NCBI GenBank assembly: GCA_013359225.1
Contig: JABWCG010000003.1
Span: 48,783 to 112,782, forward strand
Source: Candidatus Buchananbacteria bacterium
GTDB lineage: Bacteria; Patescibacteriota; Patescibacteriia; Buchananbacterales; UBA6539
Direction: 5' to 3'
Length of the DNA stretch: 64,000 nucleotides
In this document: positions 56,419 through 64,000 of the stretch, one piece after another
How the letters are laid out: each line of letters opens with the position of its first letter
How positions within the stretch are numbered: the first letter of the stretch is position 1
Notes under the pieces: generated by a model
Database searches by the model: none
What the model was told of the DNA's origin: nothing
What the model saw: the letters and a program-made list of their open reading frames with translations, nothing else
Position numbers and translations under genes: made by a program

Positions 56419-58413
56419 TTACTGAATTTTTTTGGTTCTGATTTCTTCAGTATACGCTTCTAAAATATCACCCTCAACAATAACCGGTTTGCCTTCGTAA
56501 CTGATGCCACATTCCTGGCCCTTAACCGCTTCCGTTACTTTTACTTTATTAACCTGAACCTGGGCAATAATCCCGGTAGCTTTTTTGAATTTATCTTCTT
56601 TAACATCAACTTTAGCCATGGGCGGAATTCGTCCATCAATCACTTGGCCGCCGATCACCATTTTTTTATCTTCTTTGCGAAATACCGCCAACACCTTGAG
56701 CCGACCTAAATCAGTGCGAATAACTTCCGGCGTCAACATTTGTTCCAGACGAGCCTTAACGTCTTCTAATAATTTATAAATAATTTCGTAATTTTTAATT
56801 TCAACTTTTTTGTCACGAGCCAATAAATCAGCGCTCTGGGTCGGCTTAACATGAAAACCAAGCACCAAACCTTCGGCTGACGCAGCACGCTGAACATCAT
56901 TTTCCGTAATATTGCCTAAACCTTTAGCAATAACATTAACTGCCACCTCCGGATGATCAAGCTTGGTTAATGAAGCAATAATCGCTTCCAATGAACCAAG
57001 CACATCAGACCGCAAAACAACATTAAGCGTTTTGACGTTTTTCTTTTCCTGGTCCGAAGTCTCGCGCGGGCGGCTATAATCGACTGCCTGCTGATTAAGC
57101 TGATACTTACTAACCTTTTTCTTCTTATCAACGTCGAGAGTAACCTGCAAAATATCACCAACGCTGGCTGATGCCTTAAGTCCGATAATTTTTACCGGCG
57201 TTGATGGGGGAGCGGTTTCAATATCTTGCCCCTTATAATCTTTCATTGACCGAACTTTGCCGTAAAAACTGCCCGAAATTTCAACTAAATCACCACGTTT
57301 CAAGGTGCCGTTTTGCACCAGCATGGTCGCGACCGGACCTTCGCCCTTATCAACGTGCGATTCAATAATCGTACCAACAGCCGGCTTGGCCGGGTTGGCA
57401 GTGATATGAACGCGTTCAGTTTCGGTTACCAATAAAATCATATCCAATAATTCATCAATGCCAGTGCCGGCCTTGGCAGAAATCGGAACTACAATAGTGT
57501 TGCCGCCCCATTCTTCAGGAACCAAATTCAACGAAGCCAAATCCTGTTTAACCCGTTCTGGATTAGCATCCGGTTTATCAATCTTGTTAATTACCACAAT
57601 CATCGGCAACTTGGCTGATTTGATAATTTTGATTGATTCTTTAGTCTGCGGCTGAATACTATCATCAGCGGCAATCACTAAAATGGCAATATCGGCGACT
57701 CGGGCGCCTCGTGAACGCATGGTGGTAAACGCTTCGTGACCAGGCGTATCAATAAACGTGATGGCATTGTCCTTTTTAATCACCTGATATGCCCCGATGT
57801 GCTGCGTAATGCCGCCAGATTCGCCTTCAATCACATTTGTCTTGCGGATTGCATCCAGCAGTTTGGTTTTGCCATGATCAACGTGGCCCATGACCACCAC
57901 CACCGGCGGGCGAGGAATCAAATTCTTATCACCATCTTTATCTTTAATTAACAGCTGTTCCAATTTCTGAGATGCTTCTTCTTCCGCCTGGCCACCGGAC
58001 TGGTCGGCTGTTACTTCATACCCAAGCTCGCTACTGACAATCGACGCCGTATCAAAATCAATCTCTTCATTCATTGAAGCTAACACGCCGTTTTTCATTA
58101 ACTCGGCCATTAATTTTGACAGCGGGTATTTCAAGCGCTCGGCCAAATCTTTAACCCTGATGGTCGGCGGAATCGCTACCTGTTTTGGAACAACGGTCTC
58201 TGTTTTTATTTCAGCGGCTTTTTTATCTTCTGCCGGACTGGTTAATTCCCGATATTTTGCTTTCAATTTTGGCCACTGTTCAACAATCCGTGCCGCCTGA
58301 CGATCATCAATTTTAATCGCCCGGCGACCAATATCAAAACCAACGACCGGCAAAATTTCCAGCAGTTCTTTAGTAGGTACTTTTAATTTTCGCGCTAACT
58401 CAGTAACGTTCAT
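56419..58413 (-). CDS. infB: Translation initiation factor IF-2
   Basis: 664 aa. G-domain VVVVMGHVDHGKTKLLD, DTPGHEAF, NKID; C-terminal beta-barrels. Confidence 0.95.
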   Translation of the reverse strand: MNVTELARKLKVPTKELLEILPVVGFDIGRRAIKIDDRQAARIVEQWPKLKAKYRELTSPAEDKKAAEIKTETVVPKQVAIPPTIRVKDLAERLKYPLSKLMAELMKNGVLASMNEEIDFDTASIVSSELGYEVTADQSGGQAEEEASQKLEQLLIKDKDGDKNLIPRPPVVVVMGHVDHGKTKLLDAIRKTNVIEGESGGITQHIGAYQVIKKDNAITFIDTPGHEAFTTMRSRGARVADIAILVIAADDSIQPQTKESIKIIKSAKLPMIVVINKIDKPDANPERVKQDLASLNLVPEEWGGNTIVVPISAKAGTGIDELLDMILLVTETERVHITANPAKPAVGTIIESHVDKGEGPVATMLVQNGTLKRGDLVEISGSFYGKVRSMKDYKGQDIETAPPSTPVKIIGLKASASVGDILQVTLDVDKKKKVSKYQLNQQAVDYSRPRETSDQEKKNVKTLNVVLRSDVLGSLEAIIASLTKLDHPEVAVNVIAKGLGNITENDVQRAASAEGLVLGFHVKPTQSADLLARDKKVEIKNYEIIYKLLEDVKARLEQMLTPEVIRTDLGRLKVLAVFRKEDKKMVIGGQVIDGRIPPMAKVDVKEDKFKKATGIIAQVQVNKVKVTEAVKGQECGISYEGKPVIVEGDILEAYTEEIRTKKIQ

Positions 58414-58428
58414 GTTAAAAAAATAAAG

Positions 58429-58503
<75 letters not shown>

Positions 58504-58549
58504 GAATTTGTTAAGCTAGGACAGTGGTTAGTGTAACAAAAAACCCCGT

Positions 58550-58583
58550 AAAAATCAACCCGGCCCGCAAGAGGCGGGCCGGC
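58550..58583 (-). terminator. Minus-strand terminator after the 3D-domain gene
   Basis: ccggcccgc-aaga-gcgggccgg: 9-bp GC stem followed (minus orientation) by ttgattttt. Confidence 0.6.
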
Positions 58584-58603
58584 AACAATAGTTTTAAAAT
58601 TTT

Positions 58604-59143
58604 TTATTCAACAACTTCAATTTCAGTATATTTGATGCCCCAGCGTACGGCTGACGCGCGATCCTTCATCCAGATGTCAGCGCGATAGTAATACCGGGCA
58701 TTCATTCGGTCTTGCACCGTAAAAATCCGGTCACCAAAGTATTCGGGAATCCGCACTTTGGTGCCAAACGGCAAAAAGTTGGCGGCAATCACGTTTTCTT
58801 CGCCATTCTCACACAAATTAAACCCATTGGCAGTAATACACGGACTGGCATCAGTCTGGTCAACGGTTGAAGAATAGGAAGTAATCGGTATTGTGTAGGT
58901 TTTAACTACCGTATACTCAGTTTCCTTAATCGGGCTGATTAAAACCACAGAGTTATTGGCTTCGGTTTCGCTGGTTTCCTCAATTACCTGGTCAACTGCC
59001 CGCACCACCAGGTCGGGAAGCATTACGCTGCCGTCTGGCTGGGCTGCCGCCACGCTGTAATGGGGGAACATGAACTCAAATACCAAGACCAACAAGACGA
59101 TAATCTCGGTTTTACTGCGTCTGATTGTTCGTAAAGTTTTCAT
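58604..59143 (-). CDS. 3D-domain protein (MltA-like / YuiC-like cell-wall-associated), N-terminal TM anchor
   Basis: Start taken at MKTLRTIRR; the ORF track extends to 59218. C-terminal GTKVRIPEYFGDRIFTVQDRMNARY...ADIWM carries the conserved Asp residues of the 3D domain. Confidence 0.55.
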   Translation of the reverse strand: MKTLRTIRRSKTEIIVLLVLVFEFMFPHYSVAAAQPDGSVMLPDLVVRAVDQVIEETSETEANNSVVLISPIKETEYTVVKTYTIPITSYSSTVDQTDASPCITANGFNLCENGEENVIAANFLPFGTKVRIPEYFGDRIFTVQDRMNARYYYRADIWMKDRASAVRWGIKYTEIEVVE

Positions 59144-59291
59144 AGGCTTTAAACAAATAAAAAATTCCCTATACCTTGGGAAGTGTATCACCTTAACACA
59201 AAGCCTAATTTTTGTCAAGTGTCTAACCTAAAATAAAAACCTCTCTCAAATTCATGAGAGAGGGTCACAAAAGAACGGTTTGGCCCGATAT

Positions 59292-61190
59292 TCAGGCCGA
59301 AATCGTCTTGCGACGAAGAACAAACGTGCCGAAACTGACCAGAACCACGACCAGCAGTAACAGCCCCAGGGCCGAAGTAGCCGGCACGGAAGCCATATCG
59401 CCGCCGTCCAACGGATCCGAGCCGAAGGTGTTCTCCTGACCGTCATTCATGCCGTCGTTATCGGTATCAGAGTCGTTGGCATCCAGGTCGGTGCCGGTAG
59501 GGTTGGAGTCCGGGTTGTACGGATTGTACGCCCCGTCGCCGTCATACCAGACTTCCTGGTGATCGTTTAGCCCATCGTCGTCTGAGTCAGCATCGTTGGG
59601 GTTGGTTCCCAGTGTCGCTTCTTCGGCGTCCGACAAACCGTCGTTGTCAGCGTCAGGCTCAATAACTGAGCCGGGAGGCGCCACAACGAATTCCGAGAAG
59701 TGCACCACCTGCACCGTCAACATGTTGTTGGCGAGGTCTCGCGAGATAACCGTCGCTTCCTCGGTAGTGCCGTCGGCGTTGACGGTAATTACCGACAGAG
59801 TGCTCTCGTCGAGGCCTTCGATTTCGGCGTCGGTGTACTTTACTACCAGCGTTCCGGGCGGGTCAAAGACGAGCCCGTCTTCGCCAAGATCGCGCCGGAT
59901 CAAGTTACCGGTCGGCGGCTGCTGGATTTCTTCAACTGGCGTGATTGGCGTTGTCATCGTGATCGTCGCCGTGCCTGCCTTTGGCATCAATGCCACTTCG
60001 GAGGTTTTCCCAGCAGCTTTTGCCGGAGACTTCTTTGCCGCCGACGAAATCTGCGTTCCCGTATCAAGCGTTAAGCTGGTACCGGCGCCGTCGGTGAGGT
60101 ACAGCGGATCAATCAACTGCCCACCTTCGGTCAGCGCCAAAACAGCCTCAATCGCCAACGTGGAAATATTCAGACCATTATGGTCGGTCTGGGTGTCGAT
60201 GTAGGCGAGACGCGTCCCGCCTTCCGAAGCCGACACCAGCGCCTGGTTGCCCGCAAGGGTCATCCCAACAGGCGTCCACGTGGTAGGGCTGCCGTCAAGA
60301 AGCTCGCTGGTTTTGACCAGTATCACCTCAAAATCCGACAGCGGAATCGTTCCGGCCGGGTCCAAATCCGAGTAGGCGCCGTTGATGTCTTCGGAATAAA
60401 AGATCAACGTGCCGTCCTGAGAAAACTGCGGACTCGTGACGTAGAATGCGCCGTTGGTAAACGGGATCACCTTGCCGCTAAAGCTGGTGATCGGCAGCGT
60501 TGCGCTGTTGAGGTCTTTGACCAGATATAGCCGGCGGGTGGTGTTAGTCAACGGCCACTCCACCAGCAGGTTGTCGCCGTCCGGAGACAGCACGGGGTTG
60601 ATGAACAACGCGAAGTTGCCCAACAACTTTTGAGCGGTCGCGATGATCGGCGTGCCATCGGCTTCAATCTGAATGCGGTACACGCCTTCGTTCACGATCT
60701 CGGGGACCGAAAAGTCCACCGTGACAAAACTCATCCAGTAGGTGCCGTTTGAGCCGATGGTGACACTGGGATTACGCACCCCAATGTCCGCGTCCGACAG
60801 ACCAAGGTCGGATGCTTTCAAGATGTGTTGCGTCACAGTGCCGTCGGCAACCGCGACTTTCGAGATGGTTGGCCGGGTGCCGGCCGAAGAAGTAAACAAC
60901 ACGTATTCGTCGTTCGGGCTCCACGCGAGTGGCGACCAAACGATGGAGTGTGTGCTGTCCATCAACTGCGCAGCCGTGGCAACGTTGGTCGGGTCAATGG
61001 TCCACACCGTGTTCGTATTGCCCATGTAGGCAAGCTTGTCCGCGGCATGGTTCCAGTGGGGGTAAAACGCTCCGCCAGTCGGTCGGTGCAGAAACGTTTC
61101 GTTCCCCATGTCGTAGGTGATGAAGTTTGTTGCGTTCGCAACAAAACTTCCGACCATCATAATGATGGCCATCAATACAGTCTTTTTCAT
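59292..61190 (-). CDS. Large GC-rich exported protein: TolB-like beta-propeller repeats, thrombospondin-type-3-like Asp-rich Ca-binding repeats, C-terminal hydrophobic helix with basic tail (sorting-signal-like)
   Basis: 632 aa. Signal peptide. Repeated SPDG/SQDGT propeller motifs. DADNDGLSDAEE, DSDDDGLNDHQE and DSDTDNDGMNDGQE are TSP3/DxDxDG repeats. The C-terminus is ...SVPATSALGLLLLVVVLVSFGTFVLRRKTISA. Confidence 0.6.
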   Translation of the reverse strand: MKKTVLMAIIMMVGSFVANATNFITYDMGNETFLHRPTGGAFYPHWNHAADKLAYMGNTNTVWTIDPTNVATAAQLMDSTHSIVWSPLAWSPNDEYVLFTSSAGTRPTISKVAVADGTVTQHILKASDLGLSDADIGVRNPSVTIGSNGTYWMSFVTVDFSVPEIVNEGVYRIQIEADGTPIIATAQKLLGNFALFINPVLSPDGDNLLVEWPLTNTTRRLYLVKDLNSATLPITSFSGKVIPFTNGAFYVTSPQFSQDGTLIFYSEDINGAYSDLDPAGTIPLSDFEVILVKTSELLDGSPTTWTPVGMTLAGNQALVSASEGGTRLAYIDTQTDHNGLNISTLAIEAVLALTEGGQLIDPLYLTDGAGTSLTLDTGTQISSAAKKSPAKAAGKTSEVALMPKAGTATITMTTPITPVEEIQQPPTGNLIRRDLGEDGLVFDPPGTLVVKYTDAEIEGLDESTLSVITVNADGTTEEATVISRDLANNMLTVQVVHFSEFVVAPPGSVIEPDADNDGLSDAEEATLGTNPNDADSDDDGLNDHQEVWYDGDGAYNPYNPDSNPTGTDLDANDSDTDNDGMNDGQENTFGSDPLDGGDMASVPATSALGLLLLVVVLVSFGTFVLRRKTISA

Positions 61191-61519
61191 CCCTGGACTC
61201 CTTGGTTACGGTTGTGGTTGGTTCGTCTACGCTACGTGCTCCTGCCAATTGTCAATGTGCTTGTCTTCCCTCCCTGTTTTTGTCTTGATAGCCAAAAAAT
61301 ACAATAACGACAAAAGCATTTGTACTCTACTACAAAATCAGTAAATTGTAAAGGGTAGTATAACAAAATTTTGACTAAAAATAAACAAAAAATCCATTTT
61401 TTAAAAAATTTTTAATTTACAAATTGGGCTCGGCGTGTTAATTAATAAAAGGCAAAAGCCTGCAATGTTCATTACAACCAAACCTCAGTATATAGCCACC
61501 CACCGAGGAGAAGCCCGCA

Positions 61520-62479
61520 ATGAAGCTTCGTCAGATTCGATTTGGACCGGTCCTCGGAGCTTCCGGGGTCCACAACTTCTTTGGGGAAGGCTACCCCTAC
61601 CACCGCTGGCTCAAGCTGGCGCTACCACTACATTTTCGGTTTGATGGCATGACGTTTGTCGCCAAAACGACAACCTTGCACAAAACCGAAGGCAATATGC
61701 CGATGCGTGATGACGGCGTCACACCGCAAGAGTTTCATCCGCGCTGCATTGTCGTCAAGCCGTACCACGGCGTAGCGCTTAACGCGGTTGGTTTGTCCGG
61801 ACCCGGTGCGGCTGATTTGTTTGAGCGGGGATTGTGGCAAGCACGGACCGAACCGTTCATGCTGTCATTTATGTCGACCAAGCCGACACCCGATGAACGG
61901 ATTGTCGAAGCAATTGATTTCTTCAAGCTGCTTGAAGAGTATCTCGATTACTTCAACGCGCCAATCGCGCTCCAAGCCAACTTCTCGTGTCCTAATGTCA
62001 AACTCGACCCGAACAAATTGATTGCTGAAGCGGCTAGCGTCTTGGACGAAGCCCGCCGAATCAAAGTGCTACTTGTTCCAAAGTTCAACGCGCTGATCCC
62101 CGTCGCGGCGGCGAAAAAAATCGCGGATCATCCAAACTGCGCGGGGCTATGTGTGTCTAACACGATTCCCTGGAAAGATTTGCCAGCAAGCTGGCAAATC
62201 AAATACTTCGGCGACGTTGTTTCGCCGCTGGTAGAATTTGGCGGCGGGGGATTATCCGGCGCGCCACTACTGCCGTTGGTTGTTGACTGGGTGCGTCAAG
62301 CGCGCACAGTCGGCATCACCAAACCAATTAACGCTGGCGGCGGCATTCTGCACCCAAACAACATTTGGGAACTGAAAGCGGCCGGCGCTGATTCCGTTTT
62401 TCTTGGATCAGTTACCATGCTTCGCCCGTGGCGAATGGCACAACTGATTCAAACCGCATACCAAGCCTTTGGCCGATAA
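61520..62479 (+). CDS. Dihydroorotate dehydrogenase family protein (class 1-like TIM barrel), GC-rich
   Basis: 319 aa. NFSCPN (active-site Cys context), GGGLSGAPLLPL, PINAGGGI. SD sequence gaggag upstream. About 55-60% GC. Confidence 0.6.
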   Translation: MKLRQIRFGPVLGASGVHNFFGEGYPYHRWLKLALPLHFRFDGMTFVAKTTTLHKTEGNMPMRDDGVTPQEFHPRCIVVKPYHGVALNAVGLSGPGAADLFERGLWQARTEPFMLSFMSTKPTPDERIVEAIDFFKLLEEYLDYFNAPIALQANFSCPNVKLDPNKLIAEAASVLDEARRIKVLLVPKFNALIPVAAAKKIADHPNCAGLCVSNTIPWKDLPASWQIKYFGDVVSPLVEFGGGGLSGAPLLPLVVDWVRQARTVGITKPINAGGGILHPNNIWELKAAGADSVFLGSVTMLRPWRMAQLIQTAYQAFGR

Positions 62480-63905
62480 ACCTGGAGAACCCTTCATCGT
62501 GAAACCCATTCGACTCAAAACGAAACATTTACACCTGGACTCCGGCGAAATTATCCCAGCGGTAGTGGTTTGTACACCAAATCAACCGCTGGAAATTCTC
62601 GCATACGAATCCGCGTGTGACCTTGATATGGGTGAGTACCACCACATTGCGCTGGCACGCTGTGATCCGCACGTTCATGCGCGACAAAACATTGTGCCGT
62701 CGCGCGAAGAGTTCGAGGCACTCAAAATCCACGAGGGTGAATTTGATGACGTCATCCCAAAAATTCACGCCGCAAATCTTCACTACGACGTGTATCGCGC
62801 TTCATTAGCCGCGCTCAAAGGCGGGGTCTGGCTGATTGGCTGCATGGGAAACACTCCCTGGGGACCAATCGGAGTCCAGCGCTGGCAACAAACGTTGGAC
62901 TTGTACCGGCGCCACGCCCTGGTTTACACTCACGTCTGGCCGCGCCTGGAGCCTGGTGTTCCGGCAATCGACGGACAAGAGGGTAAAGACTTCGGATCCA
63001 CTTTTGGCGGAGCTGGGCTGAGCGCCGATGAACGTGATGCGATGTTCGCACTGTGGGCGGGACAAGACGTTTCGTTTCATAACGACATGCCACGACCCGA
63101 CCAAACCATTGATGAGTTCTTTCGCCACGCTACAGCAGCGCTGGAAGCAAAGTTTCACCTATACTACAACGGTGAAACAGTGCTACAAAGCCAGCGTGAA
63201 ACCATCGCGTTGGCGCGCAAACACCACCTGCGTTCACTGCGGACGCGACACGTCCCGACCGGACCGGCGCTGGAAATGTTGTTAGCCGAACGCAAAGTTG
63301 GCGGACTCAAACTGCCCATTGAAGTTGGCCTTGATTACCTATATTGGAGCTGGCCAATGGTCGTTGGACATCGCACCGGCAAAATCAATTACCGCCGGCC
63401 GGCCTTTCCGTCGGAGCAAGATCAGCTACGACTGATTGCCGTGTTACGCGAAGTTGCTTTTGACCCGGAAATCCACCTGGGCAGTGATCACGCGCCCCAT
63501 TCGCCGGAAGCCAAACAGTACAAAAACGGGCTGCCAGGCAGTCCGGGAACCAGGCTGCTGGAACACAGCCATCAAATCCATGCTCACCTTGTCCACGAGC
63601 ACAATTTCACCTGGCATCAAATTGACCATCTGGCGGCGATTCATCCGACCAAATATCTCGAACGGTACTACGTCGGACATTTTGCCTATCCGATTGCCAC
63701 GATGGCGTCGGGCGCGATGTGTAATCTGGTCGTTTTTGATCCGGACTGTGGCTATTGCGCTGATGAACGCATTTTGCGCACGCAGCTACACGATCCGGAT
63801 TACCACAACGCACTTTGGCTGGAGCCGCTTCGGGGCAAAGTACTTTTCACTGTCGTTAATGGCCGCGTCTACGACGTTAGTGATGAAATCAAAGCCCTGA
63901 ACTAG
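62469..63905 (+). CDS. Dihydroorotase-like cyclic amidohydrolase, GC-rich
   Basis: 478 aa as tracked; the start codon appears to be TTG and overlaps the upstream stop. Metal-ligand motifs DPHVHAR (HxH) and GSDHAPH (dihydroorotase signature). Confidence 0.6.
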   Translation: MADKPGEPFIVKPIRLKTKHLHLDSGEIIPAVVVCTPNQPLEILAYESACDLDMGEYHHIALARCDPHVHARQNIVPSREEFEALKIHEGEFDDVIPKIHAANLHYDVYRASLAALKGGVWLIGCMGNTPWGPIGVQRWQQTLDLYRRHALVYTHVWPRLEPGVPAIDGQEGKDFGSTFGGAGLSADERDAMFALWAGQDVSFHNDMPRPDQTIDEFFRHATAALEAKFHLYYNGETVLQSQRETIALARKHHLRSLRTRHVPTGPALEMLLAERKVGGLKLPIEVGLDYLYWSWPMVVGHRTGKINYRRPAFPSEQDQLRLIAVLREVAFDPEIHLGSDHAPHSPEAKQYKNGLPGSPGTRLLEHSHQIHAHLVHEHNFTWHQIDHLAAIHPTKYLERYYVGHFAYPIATMASGAMCNLVVFDPDCGYCADERILRTQLHDPDYHNALWLEPLRGKVLFTVVNGRVYDVSDEIKALN

Positions 63906-63928
63906 CTGTTCATTATTGAAATTTAACC

Positions 63929-63960
63929 AAGCTCACGTATCGCTACGATGAGCTTTTTTC
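63929..63960 (+). terminator. Rho-independent terminator after the amidohydrolase gene
   Basis: aagctcacgtatcgctacgatgagctttttt. Confidence 0.6.
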
Positions 63961-63970
63961 TTTAAACAAA

Positions 63971-63998
63971 AAACCAGCGGTTGAGCGCTGATTTTTTG
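63971..63998 (+). terminator. Second tandem terminator
   Basis: aaaaaaccagcggttgagcgctgattttttgat. Confidence 0.6.
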
Positions 63999-64000
63999 AT

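Noticed and set aside
59596-61307. Several 100-200-aa ORFs antisense or out of frame within the GC-rich surface-protein gene (59596-60204, 59700-60074, 60825-61307 and others), and similar ones inside the ATPase gene (9992-10753)
   Set aside because: These are typical shadow ORFs of GC-rich coding DNA. The 632-aa and 413-aa reading frames carry recognisable domain signatures and signal peptides, and these ORFs overlap them almost entirely.

Overview
This window is a gene-dense bacterial segment whose backbone is AT-rich (roughly 35-45% GC by eye). The backbone genes are typical of a small-genome Patescibacteria/CPR-like or Firmicutes-like organism: an F1 ATP synthase block (atpH tail, atpA, atpG, atpD, atpC), a cyclophilin PPIase, a cold-shock protein, a CsoR-controlled copper operon (csoR, HMA membrane protein, copZ, copA), a Zur-ZupT zinc pair, two ECF sigma/anti-sigma pairs (one with a DUF5667-type anti-sigma), DsbB, msrA, a HIT protein, TspO, a PQQ sugar dehydrogenase, tsaD and tsaE, pilB and pilT, ftsH, rpsA, gyrA, rpmF, nusB, rnc, HU, rny-ymdB, clpP, nrnA, rbfA and infB, plus three tRNAs (Arg-TCG, Lys-CTT, Cys-GCA) and many rho-independent terminators. 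Several discrete segments are clearly GC-richer (about 55-60% by eye) and carry accessory-looking genes. The most striking is a four-gene minus-strand island at 7858-11699. It encodes a signal-peptide membrane protein, a RavA/MoxR-like AAA+ ATPase with a degenerate Walker B (FLDG instead of DE), a membrane-anchored ViaA-like vWA protein, and an HExxH membrane metallopeptidase. This is the best candidate for an undescribed NTPase-vWA-peptidase conflict or stress system. Other GC-rich singletons or blocks are a possible ATP-grasp-like protein, a GT-B glycosyltransferase-like protein, a small gene bounded by terminators at 53795-54214, a large beta-propeller/TSP3-repeat surface protein with a C-terminal sorting-signal-like tail, and a pyrD-like plus pyrC-like pair at the right edge. 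I did not recognise any CRISPR array, transposase or integrase. All calls come from reading the translations for motifs and from sequence patterns; no database searches were run.
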